Shown: positions 29,275-38,778 of the stretch, one piece after another | Numbering within the stretch: position 1 is the stretch's first letter | How the letters are laid out: each line of letters starts with the position of its first letter | Assembly (NCBI GenBank): GCA_902615625.1 | Contig: CACMPM010000002.1 | Span: 28,472-92,471 of the forward strand | Source of the DNA: an uncultured Alphaproteobacteria bacterium | GTDB lineage: Bacteria; Pseudomonadota; Alphaproteobacteria; HIMB59; GCA-002718135 | Length of the DNA stretch: 64,000 bases | Reading direction: 5' to 3' | Position numbers and translations under genes: made by a program | Notes under the pieces: model-generated | Told to the model about the DNA's origin: nothing | What the model saw: the letters and a program-made list of their open reading frames with translations, nothing else | Databases searched by the model: none

Positions 29275-29637
29275 ATGTTTCAAAATAAAAAACAACTTCA
29301 GTATTTATGGATTTATAAACCTGAACTTAATGATATTGCAAAAAGAATTGCAGAAGATCATACAAAATGGATGAAGGAAACACATACAAAGGAAGGTGAT
29401 AAAGCACTTCTAATGTTAAATTGGTCTATAGGTCCTGAATTTAAAGATGGAAATAAAACAGGCAATATGTCTTTGATCCTAACAGAGGTTTATGCAAATC
29501 AAGCAGGAATAGATAATCATTTTGAGCAAGCACAAAATAATGGAGCAATTTTTAGAGATGATTTTAGTGATTTTGAAAGTAAATGTGAGAATTTAGTAAA
29601 AATTAATAGTTCAGATATTATCCATTCAATGTGGTAA
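29275..29637 (+). CDS. Hypothetical protein, possibly dimeric alpha/beta-barrel
   Basis: Strong AAGGAGG RBS; LTEVY....GIDNHF resembles ABM-like folds. Confidence 0.7.
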   Translation: MFQNKKQLQYLWIYKPELNDIAKRIAEDHTKWMKETHTKEGDKALLMLNWSIGPEFKDGNKTGNMSLILTEVYANQAGIDNHFEQAQNNGAIFRDDFSDFESKCENLVKINSSDIIHSMW

Positions 29638-29748
29638 ATATAATTTTTAATATCTAATTTATTTTTAAATAGATTTTAATAATCTTATTGTATTATTCAA
29701 ACTACATATCTAAGTTAAATACTATATTTATTTGAATTTATACATATT

Positions 29749-30144
29749 ATGGAAATTGAAAAAATTTTTAAAAATTTAATTTTAGCAGATTTTATTGTTA
29801 TAATTTTAATGGTTATATCAGCCATGTATCAACCATCAGAAATATCCAATCTTTATGAAAATTTAAATGACGGTTTACTATCCAATTATGAAAATTTTTC
29901 TCGAATTGTATCAATTAGTTTATTCTTTTTATATCTATTTACTTTAAATCTACTTTATCGATTTATTTCTTATGGTAAACCGATGTATTTATTTTTAGTA
30001 GTAGCTGGTATAGTTCTAAATTATTTTAGTGGTTCTGTCATCTATACTGCTTTTAGTGGAATGCTTGATCAAATAGGTGGTCTGATTAGTGGTGCAATTT
30101 TAATTCTTTTGTATTTTTCACCAGTTAAAGATAACTTTAGATAA
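29749..30144 (+). CDS. Hypothetical membrane protein
   Basis: 4 hydrophobic segments; LYFSPVKDNF end. Confidence 0.7.
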   Translation: MEIEKIFKNLILADFIVIILMVISAMYQPSEISNLYENLNDGLLSNYENFSRIVSISLFFLYLFTLNLLYRFISYGKPMYLFLVVAGIVLNYFSGSVIYTAFSGMLDQIGGLISGAILILLYFSPVKDNFR

Positions 30145-30262
30145 GAAATAACTAAGTTTTCTGCAATCAAATCAATATTTATGTATTTTTTTTTAAAAAA
30201 TAGTTAAGATATATAAATAGGTCGGTCTAAACCCTTGTAAAAAAAAGACCATAAATTTGATT

Positions 30263-30655
30263 ATGGTAAAAACTTTAGCTAAAATTATTATTGGTTTGTT
30301 AAGTTTGTGGGCAATAGTATTTATAATTGCAGAGATTGCTGGTGTAACTATCTATTTTCCATTCACTATAGTTGAAAGACAAGAAATACCATATCATAGA
30401 ATTGCTGCGGTCAGATTAGCTGTTTTTCTAACTTTTGCTTACTTTGGTTTTAGATATATTTTTTTTCAATCAGAAAAGCTTTATCCTATTCAGTTTTTAG
30501 AAATTTATATTAAATCATTTACAGTTTGTTGTTTATTTGTTTTTTACACTAGTCAAGTTGAATATAGAGAATACTATTTTGTTCTATTTTTATTTATTGT
30601 TTCATTGATATTGCATTACGCATCAAGAAATAAAATAAGAAGTTATTTTAATTAA
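30263..30655 (+). CDS. Hypothetical membrane protein
   Basis: 4 hydrophobic segments; ATG at 30263. Confidence 0.7.
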   Translation: MVKTLAKIIIGLLSLWAIVFIIAEIAGVTIYFPFTIVERQEIPYHRIAAVRLAVFLTFAYFGFRYIFFQSEKLYPIQFLEIYIKSFTVCCLFVFYTSQVEYREYYFVLFLFIVSLILHYASRNKIRSYFN

Positions 30656-30681
30656 AAGGCGATTTATAAAAACCACCTTTT
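30654..30681 (-). terminator. Probable intrinsic terminator between convergent genes
   Basis: Minus strand AAAAGGUGGUUU / AAAUCGCCUUUU hairpin with G-U pairs and A/U tails. Confidence 0.55.
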
Positions 30682-30694
30682 CTAATAAATTAAT

Positions 30695-31120
30695 TTAACT
30701 TGTAATTATTTTTAATATTACAAGAATTAATCCTACCAATGGAAATATTAGACCTCTAGTAGTTGGTTTAAAACCATAATTATTTACTAAATTAAATACT
30801 CTTAATGCACCATTTACTGTCGCAAACACAAAAAGAATAGCTAAAAACGAATACCAAAACTCATATTGAATTAGATTTTCTTCGTAAGTATTATTAGTGA
30901 CATCAAAAGTTAATAGAATTGACATTAATAATATAGCTAAAAAAACTACACCCAAAACACCTCTAAATATCGTTTTAGGTTCTTCATTTGAAAATCCAAG
31001 TTCATCGTAAAATTTATTATTAAAAAAAAATTGATAAATAATAAATAAATTAAAAAGCATAAACAAAACATGAAAGGTGAAGGGAAGGGTTCCTCCAGCT
31101 TCAAGTATATGTTGGGACAT
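30695..31120 (-). CDS. Hypothetical membrane protein
   Basis: AAGGAG RBS; 4 TM segments. Confidence 0.7.
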   Translation of the reverse strand: MSQHILEAGGTLPFTFHVLFMLFNLFIIYQFFFNNKFYDELGFSNEEPKTIFRGVLGVVFLAILLMSILLTFDVTNNTYEENLIQYEFWYSFLAILFVFATVNGALRVFNLVNNYGFKPTTRGLIFPLVGLILVILKIITS

Positions 31121-31194
31121 AAAATCTCCTTTTTTTTTATAATTAACAAAATTTTAATGATTCTAATTAAAAAATTGTTAAATTAATATGTAAT

Positions 31195-32223
31195 TTAATT
31201 TTTACTTGATTCTGCCCAAAGGTTTATTTTTTCTTCTTTTGCAAACTTATCTATTTCTTTTAATTCATCAGAAGAAAATATTAAATTATTTTGACTGTCT
31301 AAACATTCATCTAATTGTTTCACTGTTCTTGCTCCAATTAAAGCTGATGTCATGATTGAATGACGAAGTACCCAAGATAAAGCCATTTGAGGTAAAGTTT
31401 GACCTCTTTTTTTTGCAATTTTAGTTAGTTCTTTAATTTTTAAGATATAACTTTTTGTTATCATTTTACTATCTAAAGAAGAATTGTCAGCAATCCTTGA
31501 TACTTTGGGAATAGCTCTTAAATATTTATCTGAAAGCATTCCTTGGGCAAGAGGAGAGAAAGCAATACATCCTATACCTAATTTTTTTAATGTAGATAAT
31601 AAATCTTTTTCAACCCATCTATTTATCATTGAATAAGATGGTTGATGTATGAGGCAGCTAACTCCTCTTTCTTTTAATAGTTTATCCATTTTAATTGTTT
31701 GCTTTGAACTATAAGATGAAATTCCAACATATAATGCTTTACCACTTCTAATTGCTTGGGTTAAGGCATCAGCAGTTTCTTCTAGTGGAGTTAATGGATC
31801 AAAACGATGTGAATAAAATATATCTACATATTCTAAATTCATTCTCTTCAAACTTTGATCAAGGCTTGCAATAAGATATTTTTTTGAACTCCATTCACCG
31901 TATGGTCCAGGCCACATATCGTATCCAGCTTTAGTTGATATAATTAATTCATCTCTGTATTTATTTAAATCTGAATTCATTACTTTACCAAAATTAGCTT
32001 CAGCTGAACCGTAAGGAGGTCCATAATTATTAGCTAAATCAAAATGTGTAACACCTCTATCAAATGCTCTAAAAAGTATTTTTTTAGATTCATTACTCAT
32101 ACATTTTTTGCCGCCAAAATTATGCCAAAGTCCAAGTGTAATAGGAGGTAATAATAATCCACTATTACCACATCTTCTGTAAATTAATTTTTGATATCTA
32201 TTTGTATTAGCTTTGTAAGGCAT
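31195..32223 (-). CDS. yghZ: L-glyceraldehyde 3-phosphate reductase (YghZ/Gpr aldo-keto reductase)
   Basis: LGLWHNFG, THFDLANNYGPPYGSAE, ISTKAGYDMWPGPYG, SGKALYVGISSY. Confidence 0.92.
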   Translation of the reverse strand: MPYKANTNRYQKLIYRRCGNSGLLLPPITLGLWHNFGGKKCMSNESKKILFRAFDRGVTHFDLANNYGPPYGSAEANFGKVMNSDLNKYRDELIISTKAGYDMWPGPYGEWSSKKYLIASLDQSLKRMNLEYVDIFYSHRFDPLTPLEETADALTQAIRSGKALYVGISSYSSKQTIKMDKLLKERGVSCLIHQPSYSMINRWVEKDLLSTLKKLGIGCIAFSPLAQGMLSDKYLRAIPKVSRIADNSSLDSKMITKSYILKIKELTKIAKKRGQTLPQMALSWVLRHSIMTSALIGARTVKQLDECLDSQNNLIFSSDELKEIDKFAKEEKINLWAESSKN

Positions 32224-32272
32224 TATTAAAAAAAATTATAATTTTTTATATAATAATATATAAATTAAATAA

Positions 32273-32452
32273 ATGACTGAATTACAATGGTATGCTTATC
32301 TTGGGGGATTTGTAGCTTTCGCAATTGGATGCTATTTATATTATCTTTCTAGAAATAAAGAATTAAATGATCAGCAGATCAAAAATAGAAAAAGATTTAT
32401 GAATTTTTTTTTAATTATTGCTTTAGTTTGTGTTGGTTACTCGTGGTTGTAA
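32273..32452 (+). CDS. Putative 59-aa two-TM membrane protein
   Basis: Manual translation MTELQWYAYLGGFVAFAIGCYLYYLSRNKELNDQQIKNRKRFMNFFLIIALVCVGYSWL; below the ORF-track cutoff. Confidence 0.65.
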   Translation: MTELQWYAYLGGFVAFAIGCYLYYLSRNKELNDQQIKNRKRFMNFFLIIALVCVGYSWL

Positions 32453-32468
32453 ATATAAGAGATAATTT

Positions 32469-33956
32469 TTGAAATATTATATTGCAATTGACGCTGGGAC
32501 TTCAGTTATTAAGGCTGTAATATTCAATACAAATTTCAAACAAATAAATTCTTATAGTATAAAAAATCCAGTACTAACTGACAAATTTGGTAAATCTGAA
32601 ATTGAAATGGAAAAATTTTGGTTACTTACTGCAAGGTGTATTAAGCTATTAATAAAGAAATCTAAAATTCAATCACAATCAATTATTGGTTTAGGCATAA
32701 CCGGAAATATGGTTGGGTTTTGGTCTATTAATAATAAAAATAAACCAGTAAGAAATGCAATTTTGTGGAATGACACAAGAAGTCAAAAAATTTTTACTAA
32801 TAAAAAAATATTTGATCAAATTTATAAAATTACAGGTTCTATTGCACAATATGGCTGTACTATACCTATTCTAAAGTGGATGACTAAGTTTGAAAAAGAA
32901 AATTTAACAAAAATTAAATATATCTTAACTTGTAAAGATTGGTTAAGATTTAAATTAACAGGAAATATAAATAATGATGAAACAGAAGTTTCAGTATATC
33001 CAGGAGATATAAAAAATAAAAAATTATCAAAAAAGATTTTCAAAATATTTAATCTAAACACTAAATATTTTAAACTTTTTCCAAAAATAAAAAAATCAAA
33101 TGAATTAGGTGGATACGTTACTAAAAATTCATCAAAATTAACTAATTTAAAAATTGGTACGCCAGTGATTATAGGATGTGGTGATGTAATAGCTTCAATA
33201 TTAGGAGCTGGAGGAATTAACCATAATAAAAAAATAAGTATAGTTGGAACTACATGTCACAATATTATAGTTAAAAATAATTCAAAAATATCTAAAGACG
33301 GTTCAGGATTATTTTTTGCTTCTTTAAATAATACTTGGTTAGAAACTAAAATAAACGTTGCAGGAACTACTAATATTGATTGGGTTATTAATAATTTCTA
33401 CAAAAATTCAAAAAAGTATTCAAATAAAATTAAAATAATTAATAATTTTGAAAAAAAATATTTAACTTTCAATAATCCAGAAAATTCATTGATATTTCTT
33501 CCTTATATAAATTATGGAGGATCTATATCTCCATTTGTAAATTTAAATTCTAAAGCGGAAATTTTTGGAATTTTACCACATCATAATAATTTTGATATTA
33601 TGACTGCTTGTTACGAAGGTTTAGCATTATCTATTAAAGATTGTTTTGCTAATAAAATTAAATCTAAAGACATTCTTTATCTTGCAGGAGGTGCATCAAA
33701 AAGTAAAATTTTACCTCAATTAATTTCAAGTATTTTAAATATTAATGTTAAAATTTTAACTAATTCAGAATTGGGTGCACTAGGTATTGTATTCTTAATT
33801 GACAGTTACTTGCATCAAAAAGATTTAAAAAAATTGATTAACAATCATCAAAATATTGGTCATATTTACACACCCCAAAGAAAACAATCCAAATATCTTA
33901 ATAATAAATATCAAAAATATAAAAAATTAAGAGAGTCATTGAATAATATTTGGTGA
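32469..33956 (+). CDS. FGGY family carbohydrate kinase
   Basis: IDAGTSVIKA, AILWNDTR, KDWLRFKLTG, LAGGASKS, ELGALG. Confidence 0.9.
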   Translation: MKYYIAIDAGTSVIKAVIFNTNFKQINSYSIKNPVLTDKFGKSEIEMEKFWLLTARCIKLLIKKSKIQSQSIIGLGITGNMVGFWSINNKNKPVRNAILWNDTRSQKIFTNKKIFDQIYKITGSIAQYGCTIPILKWMTKFEKENLTKIKYILTCKDWLRFKLTGNINNDETEVSVYPGDIKNKKLSKKIFKIFNLNTKYFKLFPKIKKSNELGGYVTKNSSKLTNLKIGTPVIIGCGDVIASILGAGGINHNKKISIVGTTCHNIIVKNNSKISKDGSGLFFASLNNTWLETKINVAGTTNIDWVINNFYKNSKKYSNKIKIINNFEKKYLTFNNPENSLIFLPYINYGGSISPFVNLNSKAEIFGILPHHNNFDIMTACYEGLALSIKDCFANKIKSKDILYLAGGASKSKILPQLISSILNINVKILTNSELGALGIVFLIDSYLHQKDLKKLINNHQNIGHIYTPQRKQSKYLNNKYQKYKKLRESLNNIW

Positions 33957-34027
33957 AAGTCTCTAATTTAGTTGATAATATTAGTATATTTATATTAAAA
34001 TATTAATCATAAATTAAGTGAGGAAAA

Positions 34028-35299
34028 ATGAATAAAATATTATTATTTTTTATTACAATTCTATTTTCTTTTAATGCTTATGCTGTAACGAATGTTACTT
34101 TTTGGCATATGGAAGGTGTTCCACATAGAGTTGATAGAATTCAGACATTAATAGATGAGTTTAATTCTGCAAATCCAGATATTAATGTAACTCAAGAAGT
34201 TCAAAACTGGGGTGAAATTTATGCGAAAGCACCTGCATCAGTAGCTGCTGGAACTGCCCCTGAAATATTAGTTGGTATTCCAGATTTTACTCCTATACTT
34301 GCTGATATGGGTGCAGCACAACCTGTAGAGGATTTTGTTGCAGAACTAGATTCAAAATATGGTTTTTATCAAAAAGCACTTGATCAATATACTTACAATG
34401 GTCACACTTGGGCTGTTCCTTTATGGAACATGGGTTTATCACTTTGGTATAGAAAAAGTGATTTTGAAGCTGCTGGAATTGAACCTCCAAAAACTTGGTC
34501 TGATCTAAAAAAAGCTGCTAAGGCTTTAACTAAAGATGGTGTTTATGGAATAGGTCTTCCTGGTAACAAACAACTTTATACTGATCAAACAATTTATAGT
34601 TTTATGGTTAATTCAGGTGCAGAAGAAATTTATAATGCTGATGGTACTTTGAGATTTGATAACCCTGAAACTGTAGCAGCTTATGATGTCTATAAAGAAT
34701 TATATCAATATTCAGCACCAGATGCTGCAAACTGGACTTGGGGAGAAGCTGAAGCTTGCTTTGCTAGTAAAGGTTGTGCAATGATATTGCAGTTTACTGT
34801 AATTTCTACATATGACTCACAAGCTGGTGGCGATGCTAGTGACTTAGGTGTTATTCAAATACCACACGCAAATGGTAAACATCACAAAGCTGGAACTGTT
34901 TCATATGTTAATTCTGCAATGATTATGACTGATGATGAAGCAAAAATGGAAGCTTCTAAAAAGTTTTTAAGTTTCTTAATGGAGCCTGGAAACTATGGAA
35001 GATTTATTAATATGGAACCAGGATTATTTTTACCAATAACTGAAGCCGGAAGTCAAGATTCAACTTATTGGGATGATCCTGTAGTTGTAAAATATAAATC
35101 ACAAGTAGAAACGATGTTAGACAACTCTACAAGAGGAAGTTTATTTGGTTTCACGAATGGTAATACTTTTACAAGTATATCTTCTATATCAGCTCAGAAT
35201 TTATTAGCTCAAACTCTTCAACTAACTTTAATCGATGGCAAAAGTGCAAAAGATGCAGTTAATGAAGGTATGGAAATAATGACTGAAGCTATTGAATAA
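34028..35299 (+). CDS. Sugar (CUT1) ABC transporter substrate-binding protein
   Basis: Signal peptide; FWH, YRKSDFEAAGIEPPKTW. Confidence 0.9.
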   Translation: MNKILLFFITILFSFNAYAVTNVTFWHMEGVPHRVDRIQTLIDEFNSANPDINVTQEVQNWGEIYAKAPASVAAGTAPEILVGIPDFTPILADMGAAQPVEDFVAELDSKYGFYQKALDQYTYNGHTWAVPLWNMGLSLWYRKSDFEAAGIEPPKTWSDLKKAAKALTKDGVYGIGLPGNKQLYTDQTIYSFMVNSGAEEIYNADGTLRFDNPETVAAYDVYKELYQYSAPDAANWTWGEAEACFASKGCAMILQFTVISTYDSQAGGDASDLGVIQIPHANGKHHKAGTVSYVNSAMIMTDDEAKMEASKKFLSFLMEPGNYGRFINMEPGLFLPITEAGSQDSTYWDDPVVVKYKSQVETMLDNSTRGSLFGFTNGNTFTSISSISAQNLLAQTLQLTLIDGKSAKDAVNEGMEIMTEAIE

Positions 35300-35313
35300 T
35301 TTAATAATTTTTT

Positions 35314-35338
35314 CAGCACCTCTCCATAAGAGGTGCTG
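35314..35338 (+). terminator. Stem-loop after the SBP gene (mRNA stabiliser or partial terminator)
   Basis: CAGCACCTCT-CCATA-AGAGGTGCTG perfect 10-bp stem. Confidence 0.7.
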
Positions 35339-35346
35339 TTAATTCT

Positions 35347-36219
35347 GTGAAAAAAAATAATATTGAAGGTTGGTTATTTGTATCTCCATTAATTATTTGG
35401 ATATCTCTTGTTATTTTAGTTCCAATTTATATAGCATTTGAATTAAGCTTATTTAATGTAAAGATTATTGGTACATCAGGAAAATTTGTAGGAATTGATA
35501 ATTATATAAAATTACTTGGTAAGTCTAAATTTTTAAATGCTTCTTTAAACAGTTTGTATTGGATAATTGGCAATGCAATCTGCCAGACATTTTTTGCATT
35601 CACCATAGCCTTAACAATTAACTATAAATTTCCTGGTAAAAAAATTATGGCAAATTGGATTATATTATCATTTATAATTCCAACAGTAGTAGTTGTTGTA
35701 ATTTGGAAATTAATGCTGAGTAGTAGTAGTGGTGTAATAAATTCAGTTTTAATTGATATAGGTTTGTTAGATGAAGCTACGGGTTTTTTTAGCTCACCAA
35801 ATAAAGCTTTTATAAGTTTAGTTTTAATTAATTCATGGAGATGGAGCCCTTTTTTAGCATTAATTATTCTTTCGGGACTAAATTCGATAAATAGAGAAAT
35901 GTATGATGCATCTAAGGTTGATGGAGCTAATTTTATTCAACAATTTTTTTTCATCACTTTTCCAAATCTTAAAAGTGTTTTATTTGTATTAGGGTTAGTA
36001 GGTACATTACTGTCATTCAATATATTTGACATTATATGGTTAATCACAAAAGGTGGACCCTCGAGTGCTACAACTACCTTACCATTATTAATTTATGAAA
36101 CAGCTTTTACTAAATTTAGAATTAGTCAAGCTGCGACTTTATCAATAATTACTAGTTTTTTGTTATTACTATTCTCAATAATATTTATTAAATCCATGGC
36201 GCCAAATGAAGATGATTAA
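35347..36219 (+). CDS. Sugar ABC transporter permease
   Basis: FVGIDNY, YDASKVDGA EAA loop, TKGGP. Confidence 0.92.
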   Translation: MKKNNIEGWLFVSPLIIWISLVILVPIYIAFELSLFNVKIIGTSGKFVGIDNYIKLLGKSKFLNASLNSLYWIIGNAICQTFFAFTIALTINYKFPGKKIMANWIILSFIIPTVVVVVIWKLMLSSSSGVINSVLIDIGLLDEATGFFSSPNKAFISLVLINSWRWSPFLALIILSGLNSINREMYDASKVDGANFIQQFFFITFPNLKSVLFVLGLVGTLLSFNIFDIIWLITKGGPSSATTTLPLLIYETAFTKFRISQAATLSIITSFLLLLFSIIFIKSMAPNEDD

Positions 36220-37042
36220 AGAAAATAATATTAAACTTATATTTTTAAGCTTATCTTTATTATTAATAATACTAATTTTTTTCTTTCCTTTTTTTTGGAT
36301 AATTACATCATCTTTTAAAAGTCCAGAGGAAATTATTGCTACATCTACAACTATTATTCCAAGATCTTTTACTTTAGAACATTATAATAAAATATTATTT
36401 AACTCAGATTTTTTTATATATTTAAAAAATAGTTTGATAGTTTCATTTTCCTCTATGATAACTTCAATCATTCTATCTGTATCTGCTGCATATGGTTTAC
36501 ATAAACTTAAATTTTATGGAAATAAATTTGTAGAATATTCACTTTTAGTGACATATGCATTTCCTGGAGTCATTTTATTAGTTCCCATTTATTTATTATT
36601 TGCAAAAGTAAATTTACTTAATAGTTATTTTGCTTTGATAATTGTTAATGTTTTATTTGCAACTCCATTTGCAGTTTGGATGCTAAAAGCTTTTTTTAAG
36701 TTAATTCCAAATGAGATAGAGGAAGCGGCATATATTGATGGAGCATCAAGATATATTGTAATTTCTAGAATTATTGTTCCGTTAGCTGCTCCAGGTATTG
36801 CAAGTGTATCAATTTTTTGTTTTATTATATCTTGGACTGAATATCTTTTTGCATCTATATTAATAAGTGGTGATAATCTAAAAACCTTACCTGTTGGTTT
36901 AGCTGGAATTGTTGGTCAATACCAAATTGATTGGGGTTTTTTATTATCTGGAGCCGTTCTTGCTAGTCTACCTGTTATATTATTATTTGTTTTTATTGGT
37001 AAATACTTTGTGTCTGGATTAACAGAAGGAGCTGTAAAGTAA
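36206..37042 (+). CDS. Sugar ABC transporter permease
   Basis: IEEAAYIDGAS, TLPVGL, GLTEGAVK. Confidence 0.92.
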   Translation: MKMIKENNIKLIFLSLSLLLIILIFFFPFFWIITSSFKSPEEIIATSTTIIPRSFTLEHYNKILFNSDFFIYLKNSLIVSFSSMITSIILSVSAAYGLHKLKFYGNKFVEYSLLVTYAFPGVILLVPIYLLFAKVNLLNSYFALIIVNVLFATPFAVWMLKAFFKLIPNEIEEAAYIDGASRYIVISRIIVPLAAPGIASVSIFCFIISWTEYLFASILISGDNLKTLPVGLAGIVGQYQIDWGFLLSGAVLASLPVILLFVFIGKYFVSGLTEGAVK

Positions 37043-37060
37043 AATTAAAAATATAATAAA

Positions 37061-37888
37061 TTAATCAAATTTAACTCCAGAGAATTTTTGTAAATTAACT
37101 AATTTAGAAGTAATCAACATAGATGTTATTACCAGTGCTATTGCAAATATTCCAGCAGCAGCAGCAGTAGGCTCAAAAGTATATCTTAAGGACCAATACA
37201 GAGCTATTGGTAAAGGAGTATTATTTGGTGTAGCCATAAACAAAGAGACATCAAATTGACCAAATGAAACAATGAAAGCAAAAACGGAGCCAGCCATAAC
37301 CCCGTTACTAATGTTAGGAAGTGTGACTTTTCTAAAAGCTGTAAGAGGCGATGCACCTAAACTTCTTGCCGCTTGCTCTAAATTTAAATCAAAATTAAAT
37401 AGAGAGGCGGAAACAGTCCCTATAACATATGGCATTGTGACTAACATATGAGCTATTACCATACCTGGATAAGATCGCGCTAAACCAATATCAGTTGAAA
37501 CATAAAAAATATATAGAGCTAGACCTAAAACTATTCCTGGTAAAATTAATGGTGAAAGAAATAACGCTCTTAAAAGTTGAGATCCTGGAAAACTAAATCT
37601 TGTTATAAAAATTGCAGCTAAAGTTCCAAAAATTGTTGATAAAGTCATAGTTATTAATGCCAAACCAAAGCTAAAGAGAAAAGCAGATAGAAATTCTTCG
37701 CTTCTAAAAAAAGCAAATATCCATCTTAGCGAAATTCCTTCAGGAGGGAATGTCAAATGATCACCTGAATTAAGACCGGTTAAAACAACAATAAATACTG
37801 GTATTAATAGAATTGCTAAAGCAATTCCTGATCCAATTTTAACTAATGTTCCTAACTCATTAACTTCTTTAATCTTTGCTTTACTCAT
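37061..37888 (-). CDS. PotC-like ABC permease
   Basis: FPPEGISLRW, LEQAARSLGA, FIVSF. Confidence 0.9.
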   Translation of the reverse strand: MSKAKIKEVNELGTLVKIGSGIALAILLIPVFIVVLTGLNSGDHLTFPPEGISLRWIFAFFRSEEFLSAFLFSFGLALITMTLSTIFGTLAAIFITRFSFPGSQLLRALFLSPLILPGIVLGLALYIFYVSTDIGLARSYPGMVIAHMLVTMPYVIGTVSASLFNFDLNLEQAARSLGASPLTAFRKVTLPNISNGVMAGSVFAFIVSFGQFDVSLFMATPNNTPLPIALYWSLRYTFEPTAAAAGIFAIALVITSMLITSKLVNLQKFSGVKFD

Positions 37889-38778
37889 GCTCTTCCACCA
37901 CCAATTCTAATTGCAACTCTTTGATAAACGATAACTGATAATAAACTTGTACAAAATAATACAACTGCAATTGCAGAACCAAATTGCCATTTGCCCATTT
38001 CTGCAATTTGTTGATATACATGAAGTGGCATAACCATAACTTTCCAACCACCCATCAGAGCAGGAACGATATAGGAACTTATAGAAATAGCAAATACAAG
38101 TAATGTACCAGCTAAAATTCCAGGCATTGATAGAGGAATAATAATTTTCCAAAATGCTTGGTTTGGTGATGCTCCTAAACTTCTACTAGCTTCAACTACT
38201 GTCGGTGAAATTCCTCTTATAATTCCAATTAATGAAAGAACCATAAAGGGCAAAGAAAATTGAACAAGACCAACTAAAACACCAAGCTTATTATACATAA
38301 GACCAATAGGTTTTTCGATTATATTAAAATACATTAATGCACCGTTAATTAAACCATTGTCCCCCATTAAAACCATAAGTCCGAAAAGACGAATAACCAT
38401 ATCTAGTTGCATTGCACATAATACTAAAATCATTAAGAATGTATTTCGTGCAACATTTTCAGTTTTAGCAATTAAGTATGCAAGAGGATAACCAATAATA
38501 AGAGTTATAAGAGATGCTAACGCTGCCAAGGAAACTGATGTTACAGCTGCATCAAAGTATAAAGAACGATTATAAATTCTTAAAAAACTTTTTAACGTCC
38601 ATTTTCCTTGTAAATCTAGTACGCCGGTTACAGGCTTATCAAAAGCAAGTATAAACATACTTAAAACTGGAATTATAAAAAAAATAATAAATAGTATTAA
38701 GGCCGGTAGTACAAGTAGAATTGGTCTATATGTATAGAAAATTCTAAGAAAGTTATTTTTGTCTTTTATATCTTCCAT
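37885..38778 (-). CDS. PotB-like ABC permease
   Basis: GYPLAY, NGLIN, EASRSLGA, PLSMPGI. Confidence 0.9.
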   Translation of the reverse strand: MEDIKDKNNFLRIFYTYRPILLVLPALILFIIFFIIPVLSMFILAFDKPVTGVLDLQGKWTLKSFLRIYNRSLYFDAAVTSVSLAALASLITLIIGYPLAYLIAKTENVARNTFLMILVLCAMQLDMVIRLFGLMVLMGDNGLINGALMYFNIIEKPIGLMYNKLGVLVGLVQFSLPFMVLSLIGIIRGISPTVVEASRSLGASPNQAFWKIIIPLSMPGILAGTLLVFAISISSYIVPALMGGWKVMVMPLHVYQQIAEMGKWQFGSAIAVVLFCTSLLSVIVYQRVAIRIGGGRA

